Positions 17,550 through 29,693 are shown, counted from the stretch's first letter. The stretch is 38,437 nucleotides of DNA from Octopus sinensis (GCF_006345805.1 NW_021832060.1:1-38437), one strand, 5' to 3'. The notes: generated by a model from the sequence alone, not told the origin. A program made the numbers and translations.

Positions 17550-18136
17550 TTTATATACATAAATGTATGCATTCATACATATACACGTGTATATACCCAC
17601 ATACGCATATATACTATCTAAAACAAAAGAAAACCTGATCATGTCCAAAGGGTAGTACTGGATAGGGTGAGTACTTTACATAGTTTTCGGGTGTAATTAA
17701 ATGTAAATTATAATGTTTATTTGTTAAAGTTAACAGCAGAAAATTTGCATGCGTATGTTTGTATCTTCCTGCGCGAATGCAAGTGTGCCCTTCGCATCAA
17801 AAACAAACGCGCCTACATCTTAAACTGTCATGCCTTTTATCAATATGTCAAGGGAAGTAACTCTAAAAGTTGATTTTCAGTTATCTCCCTTACTGATGTA
17901 GTTAAAAGAATATAAACTTTTCTGGTTATTTTCTATTTTACACACTTAATTTTTCAATTATTTGACTGCGGCCATGGTGGAGCAATGCCTTTATTCGTGC
18001 AAATCGACCCCAGGACTTATACTTTGTAGGCCTAGTATTTAAACAATCGGTCCCTTTTCCCGAACCGCTAAGTTCGGGGAATTGTACACACCAGCACCCG
18101 TTGTCCAACGATGTTCGAGAAATAAACAGACATTAC

Positions 18137-18184
<48 letters not shown>

Positions 18185-18370
18185 CATATATATATATATT
18201 CCATGCCGCAGCAGCGCCTTTATTCGCGAAATTCGAACCCAATACTTAATTTTTGTAGGCCTAGTATTTAATCTATTTTCTCTTTTGACGAAACGCTAAG
18301 TTACGGGGACATGAACACACCAGCACCGGTTGTCAAGCGGTGTCGGGGGATAAACAGACATACAAACGTG
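17550..18370. repeat. Copy 3 of the triplicated block
   Basis: Highly similar to 6378-7110, including the doubled SINE tail. Confidence 0.85.
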
Positions 18371-18484
18371 TATATATATATATATATATATATACATCAC
18401 TGTCAATAATATTCTTGTTTGGAAATACTAAATACATCATAAACTATGTACTACAGACATTACACAACATATGTACTATATTTT

Positions 18485-18846
18485 ATAAGCGATTTAAAAA
18501 ACCCCACAAAAACCGTTAGATTCACTTCAACATTTCATTTTAATTTGTTGAAATCTTTTCGTCACTTTCCGACCGTGACCTGTTCACTGACAAAGCTTCA
18601 TATGTATATATATTATATATATACATATATATATTACGGAGATGTACTTGCATAGCAAGTGACTTGATCTGAGATCGTGTGCTGGAACGAAATAATTGCA
18701 GCGTGGAAGGTGTTTATAGCGATTTAAGAAACACACAAAAACCGTTAGATTCACTTCAACATTTCAATTGAATTTGTTCAAATCTTTTCCTCACTTTCCG
18801 ACCGTGACCTGTTCACTGACAAAGCTTCATATGTATATATATATAT

Positions 18847-18879
<33 letters not shown>

Positions 18880-19058
18880 TACGGAGATGTACTTGCATAG
18901 CAAGTGACTTGATCTGAGATCGTGTGCTGGAACGAAAACAATTGCAGCGTGGAAGGTGTTTATAAGCGATTTAAGAAACACACAAAAACCGTTAGATTCA
19001 CTTCAACATTTCAATTGAATTTGTTCAAATCTTTTCGTCGCTTTCAAACGGCGACCTA
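18485..19058 (-). mobile_element. Three tandem ~200 bp Penelope-like/retrozyme-type units separated by TA tracts (last one truncated)
   Basis: Units at ~18485-18603, 18634-18830 and 18879-19058; reverse complement of 20420-21116; hammerhead-like motifs at 18544-18594 and 18773-18823. Confidence 0.7.
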
Positions 19059-20357
19059 CATTGTCCTGTCAGATTCAGGTGGATTGATCGGTTCTGCGAC
19101 CCCTTTCGGGTGAATTAGAGGTCGTTCTAAACACCCCTTGAAGAGAAAGACAGGCAGAGAGTATGGTAGAGCTGTCATGAGAGGGTGATAGGCAGCAGGC
19201 GATAGAGATAGAGTAAGGAATCTTATAGCAGCTAGAGAGGGTATTGGCAGTAAGAGAGGATGAGGGGAAGAGAGAAGAAAAGTAGTGAGAGAGATAGAGT
19301 ATAAGGCTAAGGGACAGATGTGAGGAAGAATTAGCAGTGAGAGAGGATGAGGGGGCAGAGAAGGACAGGCAGAGAGTATGGTAGAGCTGTCATGAGAGGG
19401 TGATAGGCAGCAGGCGATAGAGATAGAGTAAAGAATCAGAGAGCAGATAGAAAGGCTATAAGCGGTAGAGACAGAGGGAGATGAGGGAGTGGAAGTCAGG
19501 ACAAGGAAGTGAGGTTTTGGGCAGTGGGAGTCGGTCGTCAGAGAATCTTGGGAGCGAGCGATGGGATGCAGGAGTTTGGCAGGCTGGATTTAGCGGTACG
19601 GAGAGATGGAGGTGCAATAATGGGACGCTGGCGATTCAATTAGGAATTCAGGTATTTAATTGTATTGATACGTGTTACGATGTAAAAGAAAAGAAAGAGA
19701 AAAGAAGAGAGAAAAAGAAGGACTCTGATGTAGACGATAATGAACTTTGAACGACTAATACATACTAATACATACACCAACCCTATACATACACACGTCC
19801 AGACCTCTCATACGCACTTATACTCTCTCATACACACACACACACACACTTATACATACTAATACGTACTAATACATACTAATACATACTAATACATACA
19901 CCAACCCCATAGATACGCACGTCCAGACCTCTCATACGCACTAATACTCTCTCATACACACACACACACACACACCCTTATACATACTAATACATACTAA
20001 TACATACACCAACCCTATACATACACACGTCCAGACCCCCCCTACGCACTAATAGCTGGGCATTCAACCTATTATCAACCCTATTATCTCCCCTTATTTC
20101 GCTCTCGCGTCTCATGTTTGATCTTTGACCTCTGGCCGAAATCAGATCGCCATGTTCATTCGTTAGTTACTGCACGCATTTTTTTTCTCTCCTTCTTTCT
20201 GTGTTTTTTTTCTCTCTGTGTATCTTTCTGTTGAAGAGCGTAGGCTCGAAACGTTAAAGACTTGTTTTATTTATATTCCTGAGCGCCATACTAATACAAT
20301 TGTTTGTTTGTTTTCCACCTGCCTTCGTCTTTGTCTATATCATAAAGCTTCCCGTTA
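19059..20357 (+). mobile_element. Non-coding insertion ending in a Penelope-like pseudo-LTR; internal direct repeats (~19148-19230/19363-19445; ~120 bp units 19755-20050)
   Basis: T-rich terminal segment with a minimal hammerhead-like motif, ending at a TA tract; interrupts the third left-hand unit. Confidence 0.5.
20223..20260 (+). ncRNA. Minimal type I hammerhead-like motif with atypical CUGUUGA core
   Basis: tcttt-CTGTTGA-a-gagc(gtag)gctc-GAAA-cg-TT-aaaga. Confidence 0.55.
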
Positions 20358-20378
20358 TATATATATATATATCTATAG

Positions 20379-20419
<41 letters not shown>

Positions 20420-20424
<5 letters not shown>

Positions 20425-20607
20425 GCTTTGTCAGTGAACAGGTCACCGTCTCAAAGCGACGAAAATATTTGGACATCTAACGGTTTTTGTGTGTTTCTTA
20501 AATGGCTTATAAACACCTTCCATGCTGAATTGAATTGTTTCGTTCCAGCACACGATATCAGATCAGGTCACTTGCTATGCAAGTACATCTCCGTAATATA
20601 TATATTG

Positions 20608-20645
<38 letters not shown>

Positions 20646-20835
20646 CATATATATATATATATATGAAGCTTTGTCAGTGAACAGGTCACCGTCTCAAAGC
20701 GACGAAAATATTTGGACATCTAACGGTTTTTGTGTGTTTCTTAAATGGCTTATAAACACCTTCCATGCTGAAATTGTTTTCGTTCCAGCACACGATATCA
20801 GATCAGGTCACTTGCTATGCAAGTACATCTCCGTA

Positions 20836-20866
<31 letters not shown>

Positions 20867-20872
20867 TAATAT

Positions 20873-20918
<46 letters not shown>

Positions 20919-21116
20919 TAAGCTTTGTCAGTGAACAGGTCGCGGTCGGAAAGCGACGAAAATATTTTAACAAATTCAATTTAAATGTTGAAGTGAATCT
21001 AACGGTTTTTGTGTGTTTCTTAAATCGCTTATAAACACCTTCCACGCTGCAATTATTTTCGTTCCAGCACACGATCTCAGATCAGGTCACTTGCTATGCA
21101 AGTACATCTCCGTAAT
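20420..21116 (+). mobile_element. Three tandem ~180-200 bp Penelope-like/retrozyme-type units separated by TA tracts
   Basis: Units ~20420-20597, 20663-20837, 20918-21116, each starting aagctttgtcagtgaacaggtc. Confidence 0.7.
20924..20974 (+). ncRNA. Minimal type I hammerhead with G3-C8 variant core (best of five complete copies)
   Basis: tttgtca-GTGAACA-g-gtcgc(ggtcggaaa)gcgac-GAAA-atat-TT-taacaaa; stem II covaries to gtcac/gtgac in copy 18544-18594. Confidence 0.65.
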
Positions 21117-21364
21117 GTACTTAATTGCTACACAGAAATAAGTAAAAAAAAAAAAACAAGAAAAAACATTTTCTAGTAAAAAAATTGTTTTATTGAATTA
21201 GAAAAAAATTCATTTTAATTAACAAAAAACAAATCAGTAAATCCGGGAATCTTGTTAGTGTTTGTTGTATTGGTTGCAGTACTGGTACTATCAGTGGTAT
21301 TGTCTTGGGTAGTTGTTCCTAGGGATTCTCATGTTGCTGTAACTAGTAGTAGTAATTAGTTAGA

Positions 21365-21738
21365 TAATTAGTTAGTTAGTTAGTTAGTTCTTTTTTGGCT
21401 CAAAAAGCAAAAGCAAGGCCATGTAGGGGGGACATGGAGTTATGTACAGGGTGGTGTTCATGTAAAGAGTTCAGGCCATTTCTGGTCAAGGGAGACTTTG
21501 AACCGAGCGGTCGTCGTCAGCATCTTCACCATCTCGTCCGGAAGCTTGTTCCACGGATCCGCAACCCGGACGGAGAAAGACTCTCCTTCGACTGAGATGA
21601 GATCGTCGCAGATAGAGCTTTTCGGAGTGACCCCGCAACCTACGCTCTGGAGCAGGAGTGAAGAACAGCTCTTTCGAGAGGTTACACTTTCCGCTTATGA
21701 TGTTGTGAGCAAGAATGAGATCACAACGGCGTCGTCTA
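21365..21738 (-). mobile_element. CR1-group LINE 3' end (family B) with (AACT)n tail
   Basis: Translates RRRRCDLILAHNIISG..LRGHSEKL..FSVRVADPWNKLPDEMV..FKVSLDQKWPELFT*; tail seen as (agtt)n at ~21371-21389. Confidence 0.82.
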
Positions 21739-21740
21739 GG

Positions 21741-22886
21741 GGGTATGGAGAAAATCAGGTGTAGTGTTGGCGAATCTCAGGAAGCATGGAAGTTTTGAAG
21801 GATGCAGTGCTCCGACAACTAACAACTGATACCGGCAGTTTGTTCCATGCTTCAGCGTGTGTATGGAGGGGAGAAGATCAGGTGTGGTGTGGGCTAATCT
21901 CAGGAAGCATGGAAGTTTTGAAGGATGCAGTGCTCCGACAACTAACAACTGATGCCGGCAGTTTGTTCCATGCTTGTGTGTGTATGGATGGGAGAAAATC
22001 AGGTGTAGTGTTGGCGAATCTCAGGAAGCATGGAAGTTTTGAAGGATGCAGTGCTCCGATAACTAACAACTGATGCCGGCAGTTTGTTCCATGCTTCGTG
22101 TTGTATGGAAGGGCAAAATCAGGTGTAGTGTTGGCGAATCTCAGGAAGCATGGAAGTTTTGAAGGATGCAGTGCTCCGATAACTAACAACTGATGCCGGC
22201 AGTTTGTTCCATGCTTCAGCGTGTGTATGGAAGGGACAAAATCAGGTGTGTAGTGTGGCGAATCTCAGGAAGCATGGAAGTTTTGAAGGATGCAGTGCTC
22301 CGATAACTAACAACTGATGCCGGCAGTTTGTTCCATGCTTCAGCAACTCTCAGCGTGAAAAAATGTTTCCTGAAGTCATGGGAGCTGTGCTGTTTTCTGA
22401 CTTTCTAAATATGACCACGGGTGTTAGATGGGTGTGGTTTGAAAAGGTGCTCAGAGTTATTGTTTGTAAGATGGTTAATAATTTTATGGGTGTCTGCCAA
22501 GTCAGCTGCCAGACGTCGGAGTTTCAATGTATCCATGCCCAGGGAAGTAAGGCGTTCAGAATATGGCAAATTCCTGATGGAGGTTATTCTTTTGGTTGCA
22601 CATCGCTGAACGGCTTCCAGACGATTGATATCCTGGGCAAGAAAGGGGTTCCAGACCGGTGATGCAAATCCAGGTGAGATCTTACCATAGCTATATAAAG
22701 CCGCAGATAGATAGTCGGAGAGCGGCTCACAAAGGACTTGGTGAGTGATGCCAAGACACCCTCAGCTTCTTGGCAATTTTAGCAATGTGTTTTGTCCAAC
22801 ACGAATCTCTGTCGACAATAATACCCAGGTCACGTTCACAAGAAGACTTTTTGAGATTAGTGTTGTGGAGGGAGTAATTGGACGCT
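21741..22886 (-). mobile_element. CR1-group LINE 3' end (family A) with the terminal ~122 bp repeated five times
   Basis: ERDLGIIVD, SPVWNPFL..DINRLEAVQR, NTRGH, FFTLRVAEAWNKLPASVV; repeat anchors tcagg at 21755, 21878, 21999, 22119, 22242. Confidence 0.87.
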
Positions 22887-23054
22887 GAGTAGTAAAAAAT
22901 ATATATAAAAGAAGGAAGGAAAATCAATGTTTTTTCGTCCTCTCTTCCGTTGTCACTTTCCGTGATGAATATTTTAATTATTATTGTTGAAGCTGTTGTC
23001 ATCGTCTTAATTCTTGTTCTTGCATTTGTTGTTGTTGTTATAGCAATTGCTGCT

Positions 23055-26000
23055 GATTTTTTTGTGCGCCCTTTCCAAGCCTAGCCTAACCCTAACCCTC
23101 ATGGGCCCGGTTTCCCGGTTTCTGTGGCGTATGTGTTCCCCCACCCTCTGCGTTACCCAAGAAACAGGAAGAAAGTATGAGAGAAAGTTGGGGCGAAAAA
23201 ATAGAACAGGGGGTCGCCACCGACCCCTGCCGGAGCCTCGTGGAGCTTTTAGGTGTTTTCGCTCAATAAACACACACAACGCCCGGTCTGGGAATCGAAA
23301 CCGCGATCCTCCGACCACGAGTCCGCTGCCCTAACCACTGGGCCATTGGCCTCCACAAAATATTTTCGCCCTTTTCAAGCCTAGCCGGGCTCGTGGGCCC
23401 GGTTTCCCGGTTTCTGTGGCGTATGTGTTCCCCCTCCCCTCAGCGTTACCCAAGAAAAGAAAGAGAGAGTGAGAAAAAGTTGGGCAAATGAGTACAACAG
23501 GGGTCGCCACCGACCCCTGCCGGGGAGTCTCGTAGAGCTTTTAGGCGTTTCGCTCAATTGAAGCACTCCGTCGGTTACGACGACGAGGGTTCCGTTGATC
23601 CGAATCAACGGAACAGCCTGCTCGTGAAATTGACATTGTAATGGCTGAGCACTCCACAGACACGTGCACCCTTAACGGAGTTCTCGGGGATATTCAGCGT
23701 GACACAGAGGGGACAAGGCCGGCCCTTTGAAATACAGGTTAACAGAAACAGGAAGTAAGAGTGAGAGAAAGTTGTGGTGAAAGAGTACAACAGGGGTCCC
23801 CACAATCCCTGCAGGAGCACTCCGTCGGTTACGACGATGAGAGTTCCGGTTGATCCGAATCAACGGAACAGCCTGCACGTGAATTAACGTGTAAGTGGCT
23901 GAGCACTCCACAGACACGTGCACCCTTAACGGAGTTCTCGGGGATATTCAGCGTGACACAGAGGGTGACAGGCCGGCCCTTTGAAATACAGGTACAACAG
24001 AAACAGGAAGTAAGAGAGAGTGAGAGAAAGTTGTGGTGAATTGAAAGAGTAAAAGGGTCCCACAATCCCCTGCAGGAGCACTCCGTCGGTTACGACGAGA
24101 GAGTTCCGGTTGATCCGAATCAACGGAACAGCCTGCACGTGAAAAACGTGTAAGTGGCTGAGCACTCCACAGACACGTGCACCCTAACGGAGTTCTCGGG
24201 GATATTAGCGTGACACAGAGAGTGACAAGGACGGCCCTTGAAATACAGGTACACAGAAACAGGAGAAAGAGTGAGAGAAAGTTGTGGTGTGTGTGTGAAA
24301 GAGTACAACAGGGGTTCCCACAATCCCCTGCAGGAGCACTCCGTCGGTTACGACGATGAGAGTTCCGGTTGATCCGAATCAACGGAACAGCCTGCACTGA
24401 AATTAACGTGTAAGTGGCTGAGCACTCACAGACACGTGCACCCTTAACGGAGTTCTCGGGGATATTCAGCGTGACACAGAGAGTGACCAGGCCGGCCCTT
24501 TGAAATACAGGTACAAACAGAAACAGGAAGAAAGATGAGAGAAAGTTTGGTGAAAGAGTACAAACAGGGGTCGCCCCGACCCCCGCCGGAGCCTCGTGGA
24601 GCTTTTTTTGGTTTTCGCTCAATAACAATCACAACGCCCCGGTACAAACAGGTACAACAAAACAGGAAGAAAGAAAGAGTGAGAGAAAGTTGTGGTGAAA
24701 GAGTACAACAGGGATCACCACAATCCCCTGCCGGAGCCTTCGCGGAGCTTTTAGGTGTTTTCGCTCAATAAAAACACGCAACGCCCGCCGGTGTGGGAAT
24801 CGAAACGCGATCACTCCGACCACGACAAGTTTCCGCTGCCCTAACCATGGGCCATTGCGCCTAACCACATGGGTGTATATATATATAGGCTGGCTCTTGA
24901 AATACAGGTACAACAGAAACAGGAAGTAAGAGCGAGAGAAAGTTGTGGTGAAAGAGTACAACAGGGGTCGCCACCGACCCATGCCGGAGCTCGTGGAGCT
25001 TTTAGGCGTTTTCGCTCAATAAAACACACGCAACGCCGGTCTGGGAATCGAAACCGCGATCTACGACCACGAATCCGCTGCCCTAACCACTGGGCCACTG
25101 CGCCTCCCACAAAAATAAATTCGCCCATTTCAAGCCTAGCCGGGCTCATGGACCGGGTTTCCCAGTTTCTGTGGCGTATGTGACCCCCACCCCAGCAGGA
25201 CGGGACGTTACCCAAGAAACAGAAAGAGAGAGTGAGAGAAAGTTGTGGCAAATGAGTACAACAGGGGTCGCCACCACCCCCTGCCGGAGCCTCGTGGAAC
25301 TTTTAGGCGTTTTCGCTCAATAAACACACACAACGCCCGGTCTGGGAATCGAAACCGCGATCCTCCGACCACAAATCCGCTGCCCTAACCACTGGGCCAT
25401 TGCGCCTCCCCAAAATGAATTCGCCCATTTCAAACCTAGCCGGGCTCGTGGGCCCGGTTTCCCGGTTTCTGTGGCGTATGTGACCCCCACCCCAGCAGGA
25501 CGGGACGGCCAAGAAACAGAAAGAGAGAGTGGAGAAGTTGTGGAAAATGAGTACAACAGGGGTCGCCACAACCCCCTGCCGGCGCCTCGTGGAGCTTTTA
25601 GGCGTTTTCGCTCAATAAACAAACACAACGGCCCGGTCTGGGAATCGAAACCGCGATCCTCGACCACGAATCCGCTGCCCTAAACCATTGGGCCATTGCG
25701 CTCAAAATTGTGGATATATATATAGGCTGGCTCTTTTTGCAATACAGGTACAACCGAAACAGGAAAGTAAGAGCGAGAGAAAGTGGTGGTGTGAAAGAGT
25801 ACAACAGGGGTCGCCACCGACCCCTGCCGGAGCCTCGTGGAGCTTTTAGGCGTTTTCGCTCAATAAACACACACAACGCCCGGTCTGGGAATCGAAACCG
25901 CGATCCTCCGACCACGAATCCGCTTGCCCTAACCCACTGGGCCATTGCGCTCACAAAATAAATTCGCCCATTTCAGCCTAGCCGGGCTCATGGCCGGGGT

Positions 26001-26240
26001 TTCCCTGGTTTATGTGGCGTATGTGACCCCCACCCAGCAGGACGGGACGTTACCCAAGAAACAGAAAGTGAGAGTGAGAGAAAAGTTGTGGCAAATGAGT
26101 ACAACAGGGGTCGCCACCACCCCCTGCCGGAGCCTCGTGGAGTTTAGGCGTTTTCGCTCAATAAACACACACAACGCCGGTCTGGGAATCGAAACCGCGA
26201 TCCTCGACAACGAGTCCGCTGCCCTAAACCACCATTGCGC
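23055..26240 (-). mobile_element. 3.2 kb head-to-tail array of tRNA-derived SINE modules
   Basis: Minus-strand A box TGGCCCAGTGG and B box GGTTTCGATTCC recur about 7 times; ~255 bp headless units anchored at ~23562, 23816, 24078, 24335. Confidence 0.85.
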
Positions 26241-26384
26241 ATCCACTGCAGTTTTTTTTTTTTAGTGTTCTGCTATTGCGAGGTCGTCGAGAATTTCAAA
26301 TAGCTTTGTTGTTGTTGTTGTTGTTGTAGGTGTGTTTCAATGAAAATTCAATAAAAGTAGATGTGGAAGGAACATTGGTGGAGC

Positions 26385-26467
26385 TTAAAAGACTTCGTCC
26401 TGTTTCGGGTGCACAGTAAAGGCTCCGCGGCCCCGGAAGTACTTGGACCCTTATCGAGAGCAGTCGA
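26385..26467 (-). CDS. DCLK: DCLK-like kinase, terminal coding exon (STALDKG/SKYFRGRGAFTVHPKQDEVF*), probable 1 bp deletion
   Basis: Strong acceptor tttttgttgttttttgcag; STALDK matches TTALDK of vertebrate DCLK1 (recalled). Read as-is, the frame runs to TGA at 26348. Confidence 0.75.
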
Positions 26468-26569
26468 CTGCAAAAAACAACAAAAAAAAAAAACGAAAAT
26501 AAAAAAATAAATAAAAAGCAATAAAAAACGTAAAACTGTTTCAATTCCATTTTTTTAATGAAAAAAAAA

Positions 26570-27538
26570 ATCATTTCAGTCATTTCACTGCGGCCATGCT
26601 GGAGCACACCGCCTTTAGTCGAGCAAATCGACCCCGGGACTTATTCTTTGTAAGCCCAGTACTTATTCTATTCTATCGGTCTCTCTTTGCCGAACCGCTA
26701 AGTAACGCTAGGGGGGGACAAACACAGACACACAAACACAGACACACACACTTATATATATATATACATATATACGACAGGCTTCTTTCAGTTTCCGTCT
26801 ACCAAATCCACTCACAAGGCTTTATATATATATATATATACTCTTTTACTCTTTTACTTGTTTCAGTCATTTGACTGCGGCCATGCTGGAGCACCGCCTT
26901 TTTAGTCGAGCAAATCGACCCCGGGACTTATTCTTTGTTAGCCCAGTACTTATTCTATCGGTCTCTTTTGCCGAACCGCTAAGTGACAGGGACGTAAACA
27001 CACCAGCATCGACCCTGGGACTTATTCTTTGTAAGCCCAGTACTTATTCTATCGGTCTCTTTTGCCGAACCGCTAAGTGACGGGGACGTAAACACACCAG
27101 CATCGACCCTGGGACTTATTCTTTGTAAGCCCAGTACTTATTCTATCGGTCTCTTTTGCCGAACCGCTAGGTGACGGGGACGTAAACACACCAGCATCGA
27201 CCCTGGGACTTATTCTTTGTAAGTCCAGTACTTATTCTATCGGTCTCTTTTGCCGAACCGCTAGGTGACGGGGACGTAAACACACCAGCATCGACCCTGG
27301 GACTTATTCTTTGTTAGCCCAGTACATATTCTATCGGTCTCTTTTGCCGAACCGCTAAGTGACGGGGACATAAACACACCAGCATCGACCCTGGGACTTA
27401 TTCTTTGTAAGCCCAATACTTATTCTATCGGTCTCTTTTGCCGAACCGCTAGGTGACGGGGACGTAAACACACCAGCATCGACCCCGGGACTTATTCTTT
27501 GTAAGCCCAGTACTTATTCTATCGGTCTCTTTTGCCGC
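26570..27538 (-). mobile_element. CORE-like SINE fragments with seven tandem 94 bp internal units
   Basis: cgacc anchors at ~26916, 27010, 27104, 27198, 27292, 27386, 27480. Confidence 0.87.
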
Positions 27539-27608
27539 GTATGTACTAGCAAAAATGCGTGTGTGCAACAAACTAGAAAAAATTGCGAGGATTGTGAAAA
27601 GGATAATG

Positions 27609-27680
27609 TGGGACCTGCGCAGGTTTCAGATTTTTCAAGATATGTCTGCCCACATATACTTGATCTATCTTCATCAGCCA
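27609..27680 (-). ncRNA. Type I hammerhead ribozyme (sense to the DCLK pre-mRNA)
   Basis: tgg-CTGATGA-agat..atct-GAAAC-ctgcgcag-GTC-cca. Confidence 0.8.
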
Positions 27681-28282
27681 AACATATACCACGACAACCT
27701 TTCAGATGTTACCACATTAATGCCATTACACTCGACTGAAACGCCGAAACGCTAACAGCACGGGAACGGTGAAGAAGTTTCAATAAATTAGTAATGCAAT
27801 ACTAGAGTATTGCTTTCCAGTAAAGAATAGCCCGTGACGGGAAAATATACAAAGAAGTAAATATATGGCACAACGAAGTACCGATATTTACTGGAAATAG
27901 CGAACGTAATAATACGACGCTAATGTATAGCTTCACCGCGTATGTACTAGCAAAAATGTTCTCCCTGGAGGTAAGACAATTTTTTCTAATTTGTTGCACA
28001 CACGCATTTTTGCTAGTACATACGCGGTGAAGCTATACATTAGCGTCGTATTATTACGTTCGCTATTTCCAGTAAATATCGGTACTTCGTTGGGCCATAT
28101 ATTTACTTCTTTGTATATTTTCCCCTCACGGGCTATTCTTTACTGGAAAGCAATACTCTAGTATTGCATTACTAATTTATTGAAACTTCTTCACCGTTCT
28201 CGTGCTGTTAGCGTTTCGGCGTTTCAGTTGAGTTTAATGGCATTAATGTGGTAACATCTGAAAGGTTGTCGTGGTATATGTT

Positions 28283-28354
28283 TGGCTGATGAAGATAGAT
28301 CAAGTATATGTGGGCAGGCATATCTTGAAAAATCTGAAACCGGCGCCGGTCCCA
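28283..28354 (+). ncRNA. Type I hammerhead ribozyme, predicted cleavage after C28351
   Basis: tgg-CTGATGA-agat(agatcaag..atatg..catat.cttgaaaa)atct-GAAAC-cggcgccg-GTC-cca; palindromic stem III covaries with the minus-strand copy. Confidence 0.82.
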
Positions 28355-28538
28355 TATTATCCTTTTCTAGGTATTTCATCTTTCAGATGTTCTCCCTGGA
28401 GGTAAGACAATTTTTTTCAAGTTTGTTGCACACACGCATTTTTGCTAGTACATACGCGGTGAAGCTATACATTAGCGTCGTATTATTACGTTCGCTATTT
28501 CCAGTAAATATCGGTACTTCATTGTGCCATATATTTAC

Positions 28539-28599
<61 letters not shown>

Positions 28600-28600
<1 letters not shown>

Positions 28601-28812
28601 GTATGTGTGTGTGTTTGTGTGTCTGTGTTTGTTCCCCTAGCATTGCTTGACAACCGATGCTGGTTGTTTATGTCCCTGTCACTTAGCGGTTCGGCAAAAG
28701 AGACCGATAGAATAAGTACTGGGCTCACAAGGAATAAGTCCCGGGGTCGAGTTGCTCGATTAAAGGCGGTGCTCCAACATGGCCGCAGTCAAATGACTGA
28801 AACAAGTAAAAA
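28600..28812 (+). mobile_element. CORE-like SINE 3' half
   Basis: cttgacaaccgatgctgg...catggccgcagtcaaatgactgaaacaagtaaaaga. Confidence 0.85.
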
Positions 28813-28818
28813 GAAGAA

Positions 28819-29693
<875 letters not shown>

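Larger units (their letters stand above)
27536..28540. mobile_element. Penelope-like pseudo-LTR/retrozyme: 431 bp unit in partial tandem (27958-28388, 28389-28540) plus inverted copy (27536-27958)
   Basis: Direct repeat gttctccctggaggtaagac at 27958 and 28389; the left segment is the reverse complement of the unit; canonical hammerheads on both strands. Confidence 0.8.

Noticed and set aside
19059-19750. Possible Penelope RT/GIY-YIG coding remnant
   Set aside because: No recognisable motifs in any frame; low-complexity purine-rich repeats.
23007-26265. Many overlapping short ORFs and tRNA-like boxes
   Set aside because: SINE-derived; the heads do not form complete tRNA cloverleafs.
26915-27537. 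Regular 94 bp array as possible CRISPR
   Set aside because: Whole units are identical SINE pieces with no unique spacers; eukaryotic context and no cas genes.
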